A DNA stretch of 63,985 bases, counting the filler, from Fonticula-like sp. SCN 57-25 (lineage: Eukaryota): assembly GCA_001724245.1 (NCBI GenBank). It is 3 parts of 3 records of this genome, joined end to end, with 100 filler letters (N's around TTAATTAATTAA, not from the genome) between each part and the next. Parts side by side here need not be neighbours in the genome. Positions count along the whole stretch, not along the records: positions 22,762 to 45,294 come from MEDX01000076.1; positions 45,395 to 63,985 come from MEDX01000104.1; 1 more part is not named here. One strand, 5' to 3'. Shown here piece by piece: positions 34,510-46,673 of this stretch. The first letter of the stretch is position 1; every line of letters begins with the position of its first letter. The position numbers and the translations under genes were made by a program. Below the pieces are notes generated by a model. The model made no database searches, was not told the DNA's origin, and worked only from the letters and a program-made list of their open reading frames with translations.

Positions 34510-37500
34510 ATGCCCGGAAACGACAAATTTGGAGAGCGCCAGCTCTCGCTCCGCGGCGAGTTGACGAACCCTTCGTCGGTTCTGTCGGTGGAGTCGCTCA
34601 TGGACGCCATCCTTGCCGTGTTTTCCGAATCGGAGAAACTTGACCGGGCCAAGCTCCCTCACCTCGACGCTTTTGTGAAGAGATGTGCGTTCGCGCGTAG
34701 ATTCCAGGGCGTTGCTTGTTAACGACTAATGGCTTGCTGTAGATACACCGACGGTGAACCTGCTTCGTGGATCTCGCATGAACATGAACGATTTTCGCGT
34801 CATCAAGCTGCTTGGCCGCGGCGCGTTCGGCGAGGTGAACCTTTGCCAGAGCAAGCTCAACAACGAGTACTATGCGGTTAAGAAGCTGAAGAAGAGCGAA
34901 ATGGTGAATCGTCAAGAGGCGTTCTTTATGGAGGAGCGCGAGCTTCTTGGTCTCGCCCAGGGCACTTGGATTACACGGTTGGAGCATGCCTTCCAGGATA
35001 GCGAGTACCTCTACCTTGTTATGGAGTACCTTGCGGGTGGCAATCTGCTGAGCCTGCTGTACAAGCAGGAGGTGTTTGACATTGAGTACACCCGCTTTTA
35101 TCTGGCGGAAGCGATTCTTGGCATCCGCGAGATTCACAATTTGGGCTTTGTGTACCGCGACCTCAAGCCGGACAACATGATGCTCGACCGCCACGGCCAT
35201 ATCAAGCTCGCCGATTTTGGCTCTGCGATCCGCGTGGACGAAAAGGGCTTTGTTCCTTCCAATGTCCCTGTCGGCACGCCTTACTACATCGCCCCCGAAG
35301 TCCTGAAGGCGCAGGATGGCCGCGACAAGTATAGCTTCGAGTCCGACTGGTGGTCCCTCGGCATCGTGCTTTATGAAGTGATGGTCGGCGAGCCGCCCTT
35401 TTACAACGATTCCATGCTCAAGACGTATGGCATGATTATGAACCACAAGCAGCACTTGTCGTTCTCGGATGACCTTGGCCTTACCGCCGAGGCCATTGAC
35501 CTGATTAAGAAGCTTTTGTGCGACAAGGAGGAGCGCCTCACGTACGACGGCATCCGCTCCCATCCCTTCTTTGCGGGCGTCGACTGGGACAATTTGCACA
35601 CCAAGACGCCGCCGTTCGTTCCCGAGCTTGCCGGGCCCGACGACACTAGCAACTTTGATGAGGACTTTGACGACGTTGCCCCTACCCCGAGCTACCTTAA
35701 GAAGGGCGACCGCCCGAGCGAATTTAGCGGAGAGGATTTGTCCTTTGTCGGCTACACGTTCTCGCGTGTCGGAATCTTTTCCGGAGATGGCGCGACGAAG
35801 GACGCCGCAAAGGCCGTCATTGAACATACCGCCTTGTCGCGCCAGGCCTCGGACATGTCCCGCACAACGGAAGTGGAGTTTAGGCGGTATCGCGAGGATG
35901 CCGAGCGTTGGCAGACAAAGTTCAAGGAGTCGCAGCAAAAGACGCAGCAGCTCGAGGCTCTTCGTGACCAGCTTGCTTCGGACCTTGACAAGAAGGAGCG
36001 TGCGGCGTCAGCCGAAGTGGCGTCGCGCCGCAGCGCAGAGCAGCATGCTGAGGAGCTGGAAAAGGGTAAGAAGGTGCTCGAGATTGAGCTCGAAGAGACC
36101 AAGCGCAAGCTTGCCTCGGACGGCAAGGCAAAGGCGACGTTGGAGAGCCGCATTTCAGAGCTCGAGGAGCTTCTCGCGAAGCAGAAGAAGGACCGCGAAT
36201 CTCTTCTTGCCTCTACGCGCAGCGCAGAATCGGGCACGAAGGAGCTCGAGGAGAACATCGCTTCGCTTACCGAGCAGATCAAGGATAGGAGTAGCCAGAT
36301 TTCTGCCCTTGAGGCTCGCATTGCCGAGTTGGTTGCCGCCAGGACCGCGTTGGAAGAGAATCTCAAGGAGATTAGCACCCGGCTTGAGAACGAAAAGGAG
36401 GCACACGCTGTTACCCTGACCGAGATTGCTTCGCTCAAGGCCTCGCTTTCCAAGGCGGCGTCTCAGAATGGTGAGAAAGACGCTGAGACGCAGCGCCTCA
36501 CTCAGCAGGCCGCCCTGCTGCAGTCTCAGCTTACCACTGCAAACGAGGCGCTTGAGCACGAGACTCAGGCCCGCGCCTCTCTCGCTCGCGTGAAGAATGA
36601 CATTGAGAGCAAGCGCGCGTTGCTCGAGGTGGATGTCTCGCGCATCTCGGAGCAGCTCAAGGTTGCCGAGCAGAAGCGCAAGGCCGCAGTCGACAGGGTC
36701 GCGGAACTGGAGGCTTCCATTGCTACTCAAGGGCCGACCAGCCCGGTCGCCACCAACGGCGCTGGCAATGACCGCGAGCTCGAAAGCGTCAGGGCCGAAC
36801 TCATTGCTGAGCGCGACATTCTAGCAAGGCAGAACGCGCAAGTGGAAGAGCTAAACAAAGAGAAGGCGTCGCTTGTGGTTAAGCTTGGCGACTTGCAGTC
36901 CTCCTTTGATGAGCAGCGCGACCTCCTGAACGCGGCACAGCGCAAGGTTGCCGATCTTCAGGCCGAGGCGAAGTTGGCAGCTGGCAACAATAAGGAGAAC
37001 GTGGATGCTCGCAAGCTGCTCGAGGAGCGCGTCGCTCAGCTGCAGTCGGAGCTGAGCACGGCGGAGACAGCCGCCTCGCGCGACAAGAGTGAGGCTCGCA
37101 AGTTTGAGGAGCTCAAGACCACCCTTACATCCCAGCTTGCCGCCGCCGAGGCCAAGGCTCGCGATTTGCAGCGCGCGATAGACGACGACGCCGGCGCCAA
37201 GAAGAAGCTTCAGGATCAGTTGGAAGAGCTGCGTGCGAAGCAGTCCAAGGAGAAGACTACGAGCAAGCAGCTGCAGGAGGATGCTGAGGAGGCTGCGTCT
37301 GCCAAGGAGACGGCGGAGCGCGAGCTCGAAAAGGTCAAGCGTCAGCTTGAGGAGCTGACGCAGTCGACCCAGGCGCAGGATGCTGAACTCGCCGCTTTGC
37401 GCAAGGAGAGCGGGCTGCTGCGCGTCGAGCACGGCCAGCTGGAGAAGCGCCTCGCCGCTGAGCTGCAGGCCAAGGAGCAGCTCGAGTCCCAACTTGAGGA

Positions 37501-39211
37501 GAAGAATGCGTCCTCCGCCTCCAGTGCAGTGCAGGCTGCTGAGCTGCAGTGCAAGGTTGATGACTTGACGACCGAGCGCGACCAGCTTCTCGAAAGCGTT
37601 ACTGAGCTTCGCAACAAGGAGTCTGAAACAGAGGCGGCTTCGGGCGCTAATCAGAAGATCCTTGACGACCTCCATATCCAGCTGCGCGTGAAGGACGACC
37701 AGCTGAAGCAGTTCATCAAGCGTGCTGAGGTGACGTCCACGCCGTCGGAGATGAACATCAAGCTCCGCAAGGTTCGCGATGAGAATGCTCGGCTGCAGGC
37801 GCAGCTTGATGGCGAGAGCAAGGCTCGCAAGCACCTCGAACGGGAGCTGGGCGAGCTGAAGAGCCAAAAGGAGCGCGCTGATCGGGAAATTGAGGAACTT
37901 CGGAAAGCAAGCGCAGCCACAGCCGCGCTTGAGCGCAAGACTTCGTCCGCCTCGGCGATTTCCGCTGCCGGTAGCTCTGGTTCAAAGCGCTCGTCTACCA
38001 TGATGGACGCTGCTGCGGGCGCGGGAGAGTCGTTTGTCAACTTTTTGCGCAAGACGACGATCCGCAGGCAGAACAGCACCAATCTGCGGCCCGGCCTCTC
38101 TAACCTTAAGCCAACGTCGAACGATTTCAATCTTACCGACCGCGGCTTTGAGGGCTGGCTTAAGATGCCCAAGGAGAAGGGCGTCCGCCAGGGATGGATC
38201 AAGCGGTTCATCGTCGTTCGTGACTCGAAGGTGTACCTTGTGGACAAGGACAACAAGCACCAGTCGGAGGCACAGCAGATTGCCGATGTCAAGGCCGACG
38301 TTTTCATCGTAAGGGAGCCGACCAAGAACGGCCTTATGCACGTGAACGCCAAGGAGCTGCCCCTTATTTTCCTCATCTACGTGATGCAAACTGCGCCCGT
38401 ACGTGCGACTGCGTCGGTCGAGGAGATTAAGGAGGCCGCCCCAAAGCCGGCCGTTACCGCCGAGGAGGCCTCGACAATCCTCACCGCGCGTCTCGCGTCC
38501 ATGGCCTCTGACCGTAGCCGCGAGCAAAAGATTCTGGAGGGCGCGCAGGCCATGCTCAAGCTTTCCAAGGACAGTCAGCAGAAGAAGCTGACGCAGCTCA
38601 ATGTTGAATCTTCGCAGAAGAAGATCGTCGAGATTGGAAAGGAGATTGCGCGCACCGAGGCGCTTCTCGCCAAGGCAAAGGCCGGCGAGGCTGTGGAGGT
38701 GGACGCGACCGCGCCCGTCGCATCGCCCGTCAAGGGTGGCAAGCAGAGCGTTTCGGTGGTACGTTTGCTGCCTGCAGCTCCGCTTGCACTGATTGACTCA
38801 CTCTCTTGTTTTTCCGCAGACTGATGACGTGTCCGGCGGCGCTGTGCATGAGCACATTGGTCACAAGTTCATTACCAAGAAGTACCATGTGCCGACGCTC
38901 TGCTACTACTGCGGCGATCAGCTCTATCAGGCTGGCAACACTGGCTACGAGTGCAAGCGTGCGTAGAACCATACGTGCTTTTCGCGTTTCTAATTGAATA
39001 CTTATTTTCAGAATGCCAATTCGTCTGCCACTCGTCGTGCCACACGCTGGTGACGACCACGTGCGAGGAAAGCCAGCTGATGCGCACAATCACCCCGCTC
39101 ATGTTCATGGCGCCGGACGAGTCCGACCGCGAGCGCTGGATGACAAACCTCATCGCGTTGAGGGAGAGCGTCACTTCAGGCGATGAGGATGCTGCCGCTG
39201 ACGCTTCGTAA
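34510..39211 (+). CDS. ROCK/DMPK-family AGC kinase with long coiled coil and split PH containing HR1-like and C1 inserts
   Basis: SVESLMDAI N-terminus; GRGAFGEV, YRDLKPDN, HIKLADFG, VGTPYYIAPE; DDTSNFDEDF/FVGYTF tail; ~700-aa coil; FEGWLKMP...GWIKRF; HKF...CYYC...C...CH..C; MAPDESDRERW. Confidence 0.92.
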
Positions 39212-39741
39212 GTTGACCGCGCTTTCTCTCTTTTGCAGAAAACTAGTTTCCGTTTCCATCGACAGCGCGTTATTGGCTCTTGCGCTCTCTCTGTGTTCCT
39301 TTTTCCTTTCTTTTCTTTCTGCCCCGTAAGATTTCCAATGTGATATGAATTGAATATGAAAAGCGATAATTCAAATATTTGCCATACGGACATTGCATGC
39401 AAGACTGCTCATATGAATCCCCTGATACGAGACATCTGCGAGAGGGACCAAAGGAGACCAAACATTAGGAGCGTCTGAAAACCTCTATTGCCATGCGCCC
39501 GCGTGCGTCTGTATAGAACGATTACTCGTTCGAAATTTGGTCTGGCACACTGCACACTGCAGTAAGTGCATTATTACCCATATTGTTGTCGGTTCACTCC
39601 GCGACGTATGCCATAAAATAACAAAGGGATGGTGAACCGCATAAGCGCGATCGAAACGTCGTCACGTGATCTGTTTAAGGGGGAGCACCGCACAATTCCT
39701 GTTCAGATCGACGACGCCTGGGTGAGCACTATTTTCGCACA

Positions 39742-40751
39742 ATGTCAGTTCCCGAGGAGTGCAAGGGCCTGACCCCTTTTTTGCAGCGCGCGAGCGAGCT
39801 TGAAGCGCGGGAACCGGTGATTGCGTATTACTGTACGACCTTTGTGTCATAGGACTTTTTCCTCCTCACGCCCGCACTCTGTCTTCAGGTCGTTACTATG
39901 TTATGAAGCAGGGCATGGCCAAGCGCACTGGCCAAAACAAGGCGCAGATCAACGCGTTTCTTGGCGGTGTTATGAACCAGCTTGAGGCCTCACGGCAGTC
40001 CGTTGATGACGCGACGCCCATCACCGATGAGCGCGTCGGCAAGGAGTATGTGGAAAACTTTGCACTCAAGATCTTCCTCAAGGCTGACAACGAGGACCGC
40101 TCGTCGGTGGGCACTGGGTTCGCGTTTGCTGTTCTCTCTTTACTTGGCCATGCTGACGCGTGCGCTATGTGTTTTAGCAAAACGGCGCGAGTTTTCCTCG
40201 CTGCAGCGACTTTTTTGGAAGTCTTGAACGCGTTCGGCGAGGTCGACGGCAACATTGCGGAAAAGATCCGATACAGCAAGTGGCGCGCGGCAGAGATCTT
40301 GCGCGCGGACAAAGAGGGTAGGGCGCCAGTTCCGCCGCCGTCAGTGGAGCCAGAGAGCGGCAGCAGCAGCGGTGGTGGTGGTGGCCTGGAGCAAGACACG
40401 GATGAGCCGTCTGCGTCGTTTCCGACCTCGCACTCGGCCCCACCGCCGAACCCGTTTGCGTCGTACGGGCAGACACAGCAGACACATGAGCCCGTGCTGC
40501 CGCCGCGGCAGCCTGTGGGGCAGCATCCGTCGCCGACCATGGCCGCGCACGCCGCTGCACCTCTGGAGGACGATGACATTGTCCCCGCAATGTACGACCC
40601 GCAGATCATCGCAGTCGTGCAAAAGCACGCGAGACATGTCATCTCCGCGCTTCAGTTTGATGACGTCGATACAGCGCTTGACTTGCTTGAAAAGGCGACA
40701 GAACAGCTCAGGGCCGCTAAGGCGCAATTCGCCCAGAAGCATGGGCGCTAA
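39742..40751 (+). CDS. VTA1: ESCRT/Vps4 cofactor VTA1, multi-exon
   Basis: PFLQRASELEAREPVIAYYC, YVENFALKIFLKADNEDR, KIRYSKWRAA and C-terminal QKHARHVISALQFDDVDTA (VSL). Confidence 0.95.
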
Positions 40752-40989
40752 GTGTTTGTTTGTATCATAGTATATTTTATGGGTTTCGGTGTTCAAGGCT
40801 ACCAATAAATGCGCATTTAAAGGATGTCGTAGGTATGCACGATTAACAACGCCTATCCGGAAATCCAATAGTGAACATAGAACATTAATGTCTACCACGA
40901 AAAACGGCAAACTACGCGGTATGCCACCTCGACGAAACTACCAGTATGATATGAAATGTTAGTCACATTCAGGAAAACTGAAGGCCAGG

Positions 40990-41690
40990 TGTGTTATAAC
41001 AGTGTCTGCGACTTGTGAGTATCAATTTGGGCTGTGTACAATTGTTTCTGTGCTGGTTCGACACTGTCTGCGACTTGTTTGAGCTGTGCACGATCGTTTC
41101 AGGACTGATATGACACTGCCTGCAATTTGTGGGTATCAATTTGAAGTGTATATGCTCAACTGCTGCACTGTTCTGACAATGTCTGCGACTTGTGGATACT
41201 GAACTAAACTGTGTACAGTCGATTCGGAACTTTATTGACACTGTCTGTAACTGGTGGATACTGAACTGAACTGTGTACAGTCGATTCGCTACTGTTTTGA
41301 TGCATTCCGCAACTGGTGGGTATCATTTTGGGCTGTGTACGGTCGATTCGGTACTGTTTAGACACTGTCTGCGACTTGTGGGTACTGAACTGAACTGTGT
41401 ACAGTCGATTCGCTACTGTTTTGACGCATTCCGCAACTGGTGGGTATCATTGTGGGCTGTGAACGGTCGATTCAGTACTGTTTAGACACTGTCTGCGACT
41501 TGTGGGTACTTAACTGAACTGTTTACAGTCGATTCGGTACTGTTTAGACACTCTCGGGATTATGTGGATATTGGTTTGAACTGTGTACAGTCGATTCGGT
41601 ACTGTTTTGACACTGTCCGCATATCTTGCATGTATATCTGTATTGTAGGTAACGGCATCGGCACTATTTTAACAGTGTCTGCGACAACTG
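40990..41690. repeat. Degenerate 62-bp minisatellite with 124-bp higher-order dimer
   Basis: The ctgtgtacag-like anchor recurs at 41209, 41271, 41333, 41395, 41519 and 41581. A/B unit types alternate; the flanking units are more eroded. Confidence 0.9.
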
Positions 41691-41911
41691 CGAAACGTCC
41701 GTCTGGTCTTGCAAACACACTTCGTTCTGCTTTGATCACTTATGGAGTGGTCCAAACTGCATCACTGCGCACTATTGTTATAGGCGACACTCCTGAGAAG
41801 TGCCAACGTGGAGCTCGCACGACCGACATGATTCAAACAACAGTGCGCTGACCGGCTGTCAAAGTGAAGTGTTCTCGTCGAGGACGTCACAACGTCCGTG
41901 CCTGTACGACA

Positions 41912-41975
41912 CAATACACAAGAGCAGCAATACACAATAGAGCAATACACAATAGAGCAATACACAATAGAGCAG
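41912..41975. repeat. 15-bp tandem repeat (gagcaatacacaata), ~3-4 copies
   Basis: Directly visible tandem units. Confidence 0.9.
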
Positions 41976-42974
41976 TCACTTCGGTGTCGGCGTAGCGGCA
42001 GAGTATCCATAGTTGCTCGCGCGTATATTCATTTTTGGTTCACAAAGGCCTTCAAAGCTAGCTGTTGGTATTGAAATGATGAAGGATTTTCGTCGATGGG
42101 ATATAGTACGGATATTAATTATAGTAGAGCATATATTCTACAGTTTCCCGTCCACAACCATCTTACGTGCTCAATTCAGTGCGTGCGTCCATAGTCGTAC
42201 AATCGGTATCCGGCAATTGCCGAATGTGTGGGAGCAAAGGTCAGTGCCGAGATCCTCAAAAGGTTGGAGGCTCTGTTGGTAAAGCTGGCGTACCGTCTGA
42301 AGTGACGAGAAAAGGAAGAAACATCGTGTTTATTCATGTGCAACTACTAGTGAAACGAAAGGAGGTGCAGTTTCTGATCCCTTAAGATTGCACAACGGAT
42401 TCTCTCGTTCGTTTGGTTTTTGAAAGTGAGAGAGTAAGGCGTAATACTTCACCCTTCCTTTGGAGCCTAACGAAACTGGTGTATTTCCATGTGTGTTCCG
42501 TGCATTGTCTGTCGTTGCAGCCTCCATCGCCTTGATGCACAAAACATCAGTAGAGAGGAGACAGCGCAAAAGTAGAGATTTGCGTGTGTGATTCAACTGA
42601 CATAAACAATCCAATCAACGAAAAGTAAAAGTGAGGTTCGATCGTTCATTGGATCGGATCAAGAATAAAAGAAGAAGAATCAACTGCAAACTGGTATCCG
42701 AAACCTCAATAATCAGTGCTCTGAGCTTATTCACGCTTGCACTGCGTATTGTCACACATACATGCTTTAACTGGGTTATGCAGGAGAAGCGCGAATGAGG
42801 GCGCGCGATATGGTCGTTACGTGACGTACTTGTGTCCTTGGTCGGCTGCATCGCTCGCACTTCGCGATGATATGATACTATAGCATCGGTGGTAAATGGA
42901 CAAGAAGAGAATAACTCAACGGCATCGAGCAATTAACTTCATCATGTACCTCTTCAACAAAAACTAAACAGGCC

Positions 42975-43645
42975 ACAGCCGCCGTAACCATGCGTAATTG
43001 GTCCTCAATTGGCATCATTCGATTTGCTTCATCGCGAGCTCTCAAACACACACTAAACCATTGCTCCACGACTATTATTCTCTAAGAAATGAGTGTCACG
43101 AACCAGCCTGGCACGTGCCGCGCCCTCCCGCACCACGCGCAACTCGTCGTCAAGCGATGCCATTCGACTGGTCCCATTGCGAGCTCTCGAACGCACCCTA
43201 AACCATTGCTCTACGACACGTATTCGTTGAGATATGATATGATTGCCAGGATCCCCCCCCTTATACGTACCGCGTCCTGCACCGCCATCGCTCTCTCGAA
43301 TGGTCTCATTCGACTCGTCTCGTCGCGAGCTATCGAGCGCAGTCTAACCGATCGCTCTGCGACACGTATTCGCGGACACACGAGCAACCGGTAGTCTAGG
43401 AACTGTGAATCACTGACCGTTTCGTTTCCTTCACGGTCGACCATCGATCCAGACGACGCGACGCCCCTCGACACCGTCACTTACCCACACACGCGCCCAC
43501 ACGTGCTGCGCTTGTCTGGATGTTCATAGGTAGTGCAATAGCGCACACTACAGCTGACTGGCTGGACGCCCACGCCAATAGGATAACGCGCACACCTCGC
43601 AGCATATCTCCGACTGTTCGTGTCTTTTGTACAAATCGCGTAAAA
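42975..43645. repeat. Copy B of the dispersed repeat family, containing three ~145-bp tandem units
   Basis: The cattcga anchor occurs at ~43016, 43161 and 43307. Downstream 43517-43645 matches 4120-4250. Confidence 0.8.
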
Positions 43646-43854
43646 TTTGCCCGGTGGCACTGTTCTTTGTGTGGCTCCCTTTCGTGCACAATACCGGTAT
43701 GCGTATGGGACACGCTGTCACATTCTCATGACATCGAGAGACAGCGTCGACATCGACATGTTGCAGCCGTTTATTTATCGAGTACACGACAGCTCATCGT
43801 ACCCATGCAGCAGCATCCAAATCACACCGCCAGACCACCGCGAGGCTCAAGCTC

Positions 43855-44986
43855 TCAAGCGTTTTCTTCGACTGAATTGTAGTGCTCTCCAAGGCCGTAC
43901 TCATGCTTATGATATCTAATTCACAGCGTGAGTAGTCGAATATTTAAATACCAGAGCATACGCGAGGCGAATCGGTGTAGCATCACCGTAATCTTCTCCA
44001 ATAACAAGCCTGGGTGCTGTCGCTGTGAAAATGTGTACCGGGCGGCGCAATGCATGAGAAAGAGCCGTAATCTGATTTCGAACGTGAGTGACCACTCATT
44101 TATCGCAGCAACAAGCAAAATACGACTCCTCGCACCTCCAGCTGCCCACCCCACATCGACGTGCTCTCCAGACTTTTCAGATACTCATTGAACCCGGTCT
44201 CTGCAACAAATACTGTAAATTACATGCAAAGGACGCGTTCATTCATACCATCCAAAATTGGCTCCCCCTCTGCGTCCGTCACGAACGGCATAAAATCATC
44301 AGCATGGCTACGCATGTAATCGGCAGCAGCACGCCGCAAGGACGCCTGCTCTTTGTAGCGCTCGTCACTTTGCTGAGCAGCAATGGCATAAAACAGACTG
44401 CAAAAGGTCAGAACCACTCGGGAGACATTCGAAAATAGGACGCACCAGTTCCCGTCAGCAGGCACCCGTTTAATGGACAGTTTCAACTGAGACAATAATG
44501 CTACAAGCGCCGCATCTTCCTCAGCGCGGAGGTTCGGGGCTGCGGCAGCGTCGCGCTCTGCCTCCTCCCGAGCTTCGCTCTCCTTTTCAGCCTTTCGCGT
44601 CTACGAGGGTGAGTTAGCTCGGTGCATATTCCAGGCGAGACGTCGCGTACCCTTCGCTTGGCGGCTCTGGTGACGCGCGGAACAGGCGAGGCCTCTGACT
44701 GCGACTCTGTGTCCGCATTCTGATTTTCTGCAACGGGTACCGCGTTCGCAGTGTCAGCTGAAGGGGCCGGCGAAGCAAACAAGTCCTTGTGTGCCTCACG
44801 GAACTCGCGCTCCTCGCGGCTCTGACGATCAGCTAGGTCAGACTCCATCTGAGCGATCTGCACAACAGAGTCCTTTTTCTTCTTCTTGTCCCCGACCGAG
44901 GCGCTCTTTTTTACTCGCATCACTTCGGCCTTCAGTGCGCGAATTTCGCTGCGGTGGCGTTCCTGAAGCTCCTCCCAGGTCTCCAT
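43855..44986 (-). CDS. OTUD6B: OTU-family deubiquitinase OTU2/OTUD6B, multi-exon
   Basis: RHRSEIRALK...KKKKK N-terminus; VPADGNC(spliced)LFYAI, AADYMRSHADDFMPF, WGGQLE and YHKHEYGLGEHYNSV. Confidence 0.92.
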
Positions 44987-45202
44987 GGCGCGCGCGTGCG
45001 GTGTTGGTTGTTGATAGTAGTGAGGATGATGATGCAAACTGCAAACCAATACACATCGCGGCGCAGCGTGACATCTGCGTGACATCGCGAGGGTGCAAGC
45101 AGCAGGTGCGTGTTTCGCGGTAGCGAGAGTGCACAAAGCACACATTCTTACCTTTTCGTACTTGTTACTCTATAATATACGTCTATGCAGCAACCAGTGG
45201 CA

Positions 45203-45294
45203 ATGGATGCGGAAGGCCCTATTCAGAACCCAGAAGATGTGGAGGCGCAGTGGGCAGTGAACGCCGTTCGCTACGCTGAAACCTACGAGGCCCT
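45203..45294 (+). CDS. PBDC1: PBDC1/YPL225W-like protein, N-terminal fragment truncated by gap
   Basis: MDAEGPIQNPEDVEAQWAVNAVRYAETYEAL matches the N..DIE..WA..A..HAE.Y motif; only ~30 aa visible. Confidence 0.65.
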
Positions 45295-45394
45295 NNNNNN
45301 NNNNNNNNNNNNNNNNNNNNNNNNNNNNNNNNNNNNNNTTAATTAATTAANNNNNNNNNNNNNNNNNNNNNNNNNNNNNNNNNNNNNNNNNNNN
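45295..45394. other. Artificial assembly gap/linker (N44-TTAATTAATTAA-N44)
   Basis: Identical structure to the first gap. Confidence 0.95.
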
Positions 45395-45427
45395 TGGTGG
45401 AAAATACAGAGCGCGCAGGGATCGACG

Positions 45428-46507
45428 CTACGCGAGGTTAACGTCAGCGATGAGCTCGCGCCTAGCCGTCAAAGCACTGTCCATTGACGAGACTGGCTGC
45501 AGCGGCGAATGGGGCGACTCGGGGGCCGGTGCGGACTCAATTGGCGTCGGTGCAATCTGCAGCGGCGTGACAGCAGGCGTCGGCTCGGCGCTCGGCGCAA
45601 CGAGAGTCGCTTCGACGGAATCACCTGCAAACATGTCAACACGGGTGTCAAAATTTTTTGAGAACAGCGCACTTTGAACAGGAGAGGACGGCTTTGTGGG
45701 GGCCAAGCTGGGCGTCTCTGACAAGGGGGCCATTGGCGTCGGGGGATCGCGGTGAGGAATGCGGTGGTAGAGGCCGTAGCCAATGTCGCAGCCGAGGCTG
45801 CCTGCGCCGCCCCAGTTGGCGTCGGGCACCACGGTCACCTCGCGAATGCTCTCGCTGAGGTCGTTGTACACGTACAGCCGGCACGGCGTCTTTTGATGCG
45901 ACGAGATCAACTCGCGGAAAGCGTTTTGGTCGTGTAGCAGTGCCTCGGGCGACGCGATCACCCAGTCGACGTTCGCCTCCAGCCCCGCCGCCTCGGCCGG
46001 CGAATCCTTCTGGACATCCTGCACGGGCATTAGCAACTGTAATACAGTTGGCGTCAAAGGCGTACAAAGATCCGCCACACGTGCTCAATGCTGCTGTCAA
46101 ATGAACAGAAACGCACGCGTGCCCCGAGCAGGCCGACGCCGCCCCAATTGTCGCTGGGGACGCACACGGCATCTGCAGCTCGAGTTAGTCCAGGCGTGCA
46201 CAACACAGCACCACGTACCTCTGAATGCGTCGTAGCGCGTGTTGTATATTGTGATCTTCACTGGCGTGTTGATGTTTTGCCGTAGCAGATCTGTCAGGGC
46301 AGTACTCGTGCGATCCTGCTACACAAAGGTCAGCAACAAAAGTCAGGGCGCAGCAAAGGCACCTACCAACTGGACGCCATTGATGGCGACTATATAGTCA
46401 AAATAAGATTGGATATTTGCTTCCGCCGCTGGGGAGTCTGGTAATACGCCAAGGACGTGATAGCCGCTCGTCTCCTTGAGGGCAAGCTCGCTCTGCGCCG
46501 CCCCCAT
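45428..46507 (-). CDS. Golgi reassembly stacking protein GRASP55/65 (Grh1), multi-exon
   Basis: MGAAQS myristoylation start; GYHVLGV..DSPAAEA..YFDYIVAING; NWGG.GLLG; LYVYN...REV...WGGAGSLGCDIGYGLYHRIP; Pro/Ser-rich tail. Confidence 0.93.
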
Positions 46508-46673
46508 AGCCGTTGCTACTGTATATCCCGCGGTTGTCAAGCTATGAATGCTACACTGTGCTACACTTGGAATGGACCTTTCAATCGCAGAGAAGCAGAC
46601 CTACCGAAACCGACCAAAATCGATCGTAACCGACCAAACCGACCAAAATCCAGCGTACAAGTGTGCGCGAGTG

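Noticed and set aside
34598..38527. Long antisense ORFs opposite the ROCK-like gene (similar ones oppose MARS1, RPL6, the polyQ gene and the LEA-like gene)
   Set aside because: These are shadow ORFs caused by GC-rich codon bias, with no recognisable motifs.
40990..41690. CRISPR array
   Set aside because: Whole 62-bp units repeat with no unique spacers, there are no cas genes, and the context is eukaryotic.
40895..43660. Terminal inverted repeats bracketing island 2 (cggcaaactacgcg vs reverse complement of cgcgtaaaatttgcccg)
   Set aside because: The match is short and gapped, with no target-site duplication. It is too weak to call.
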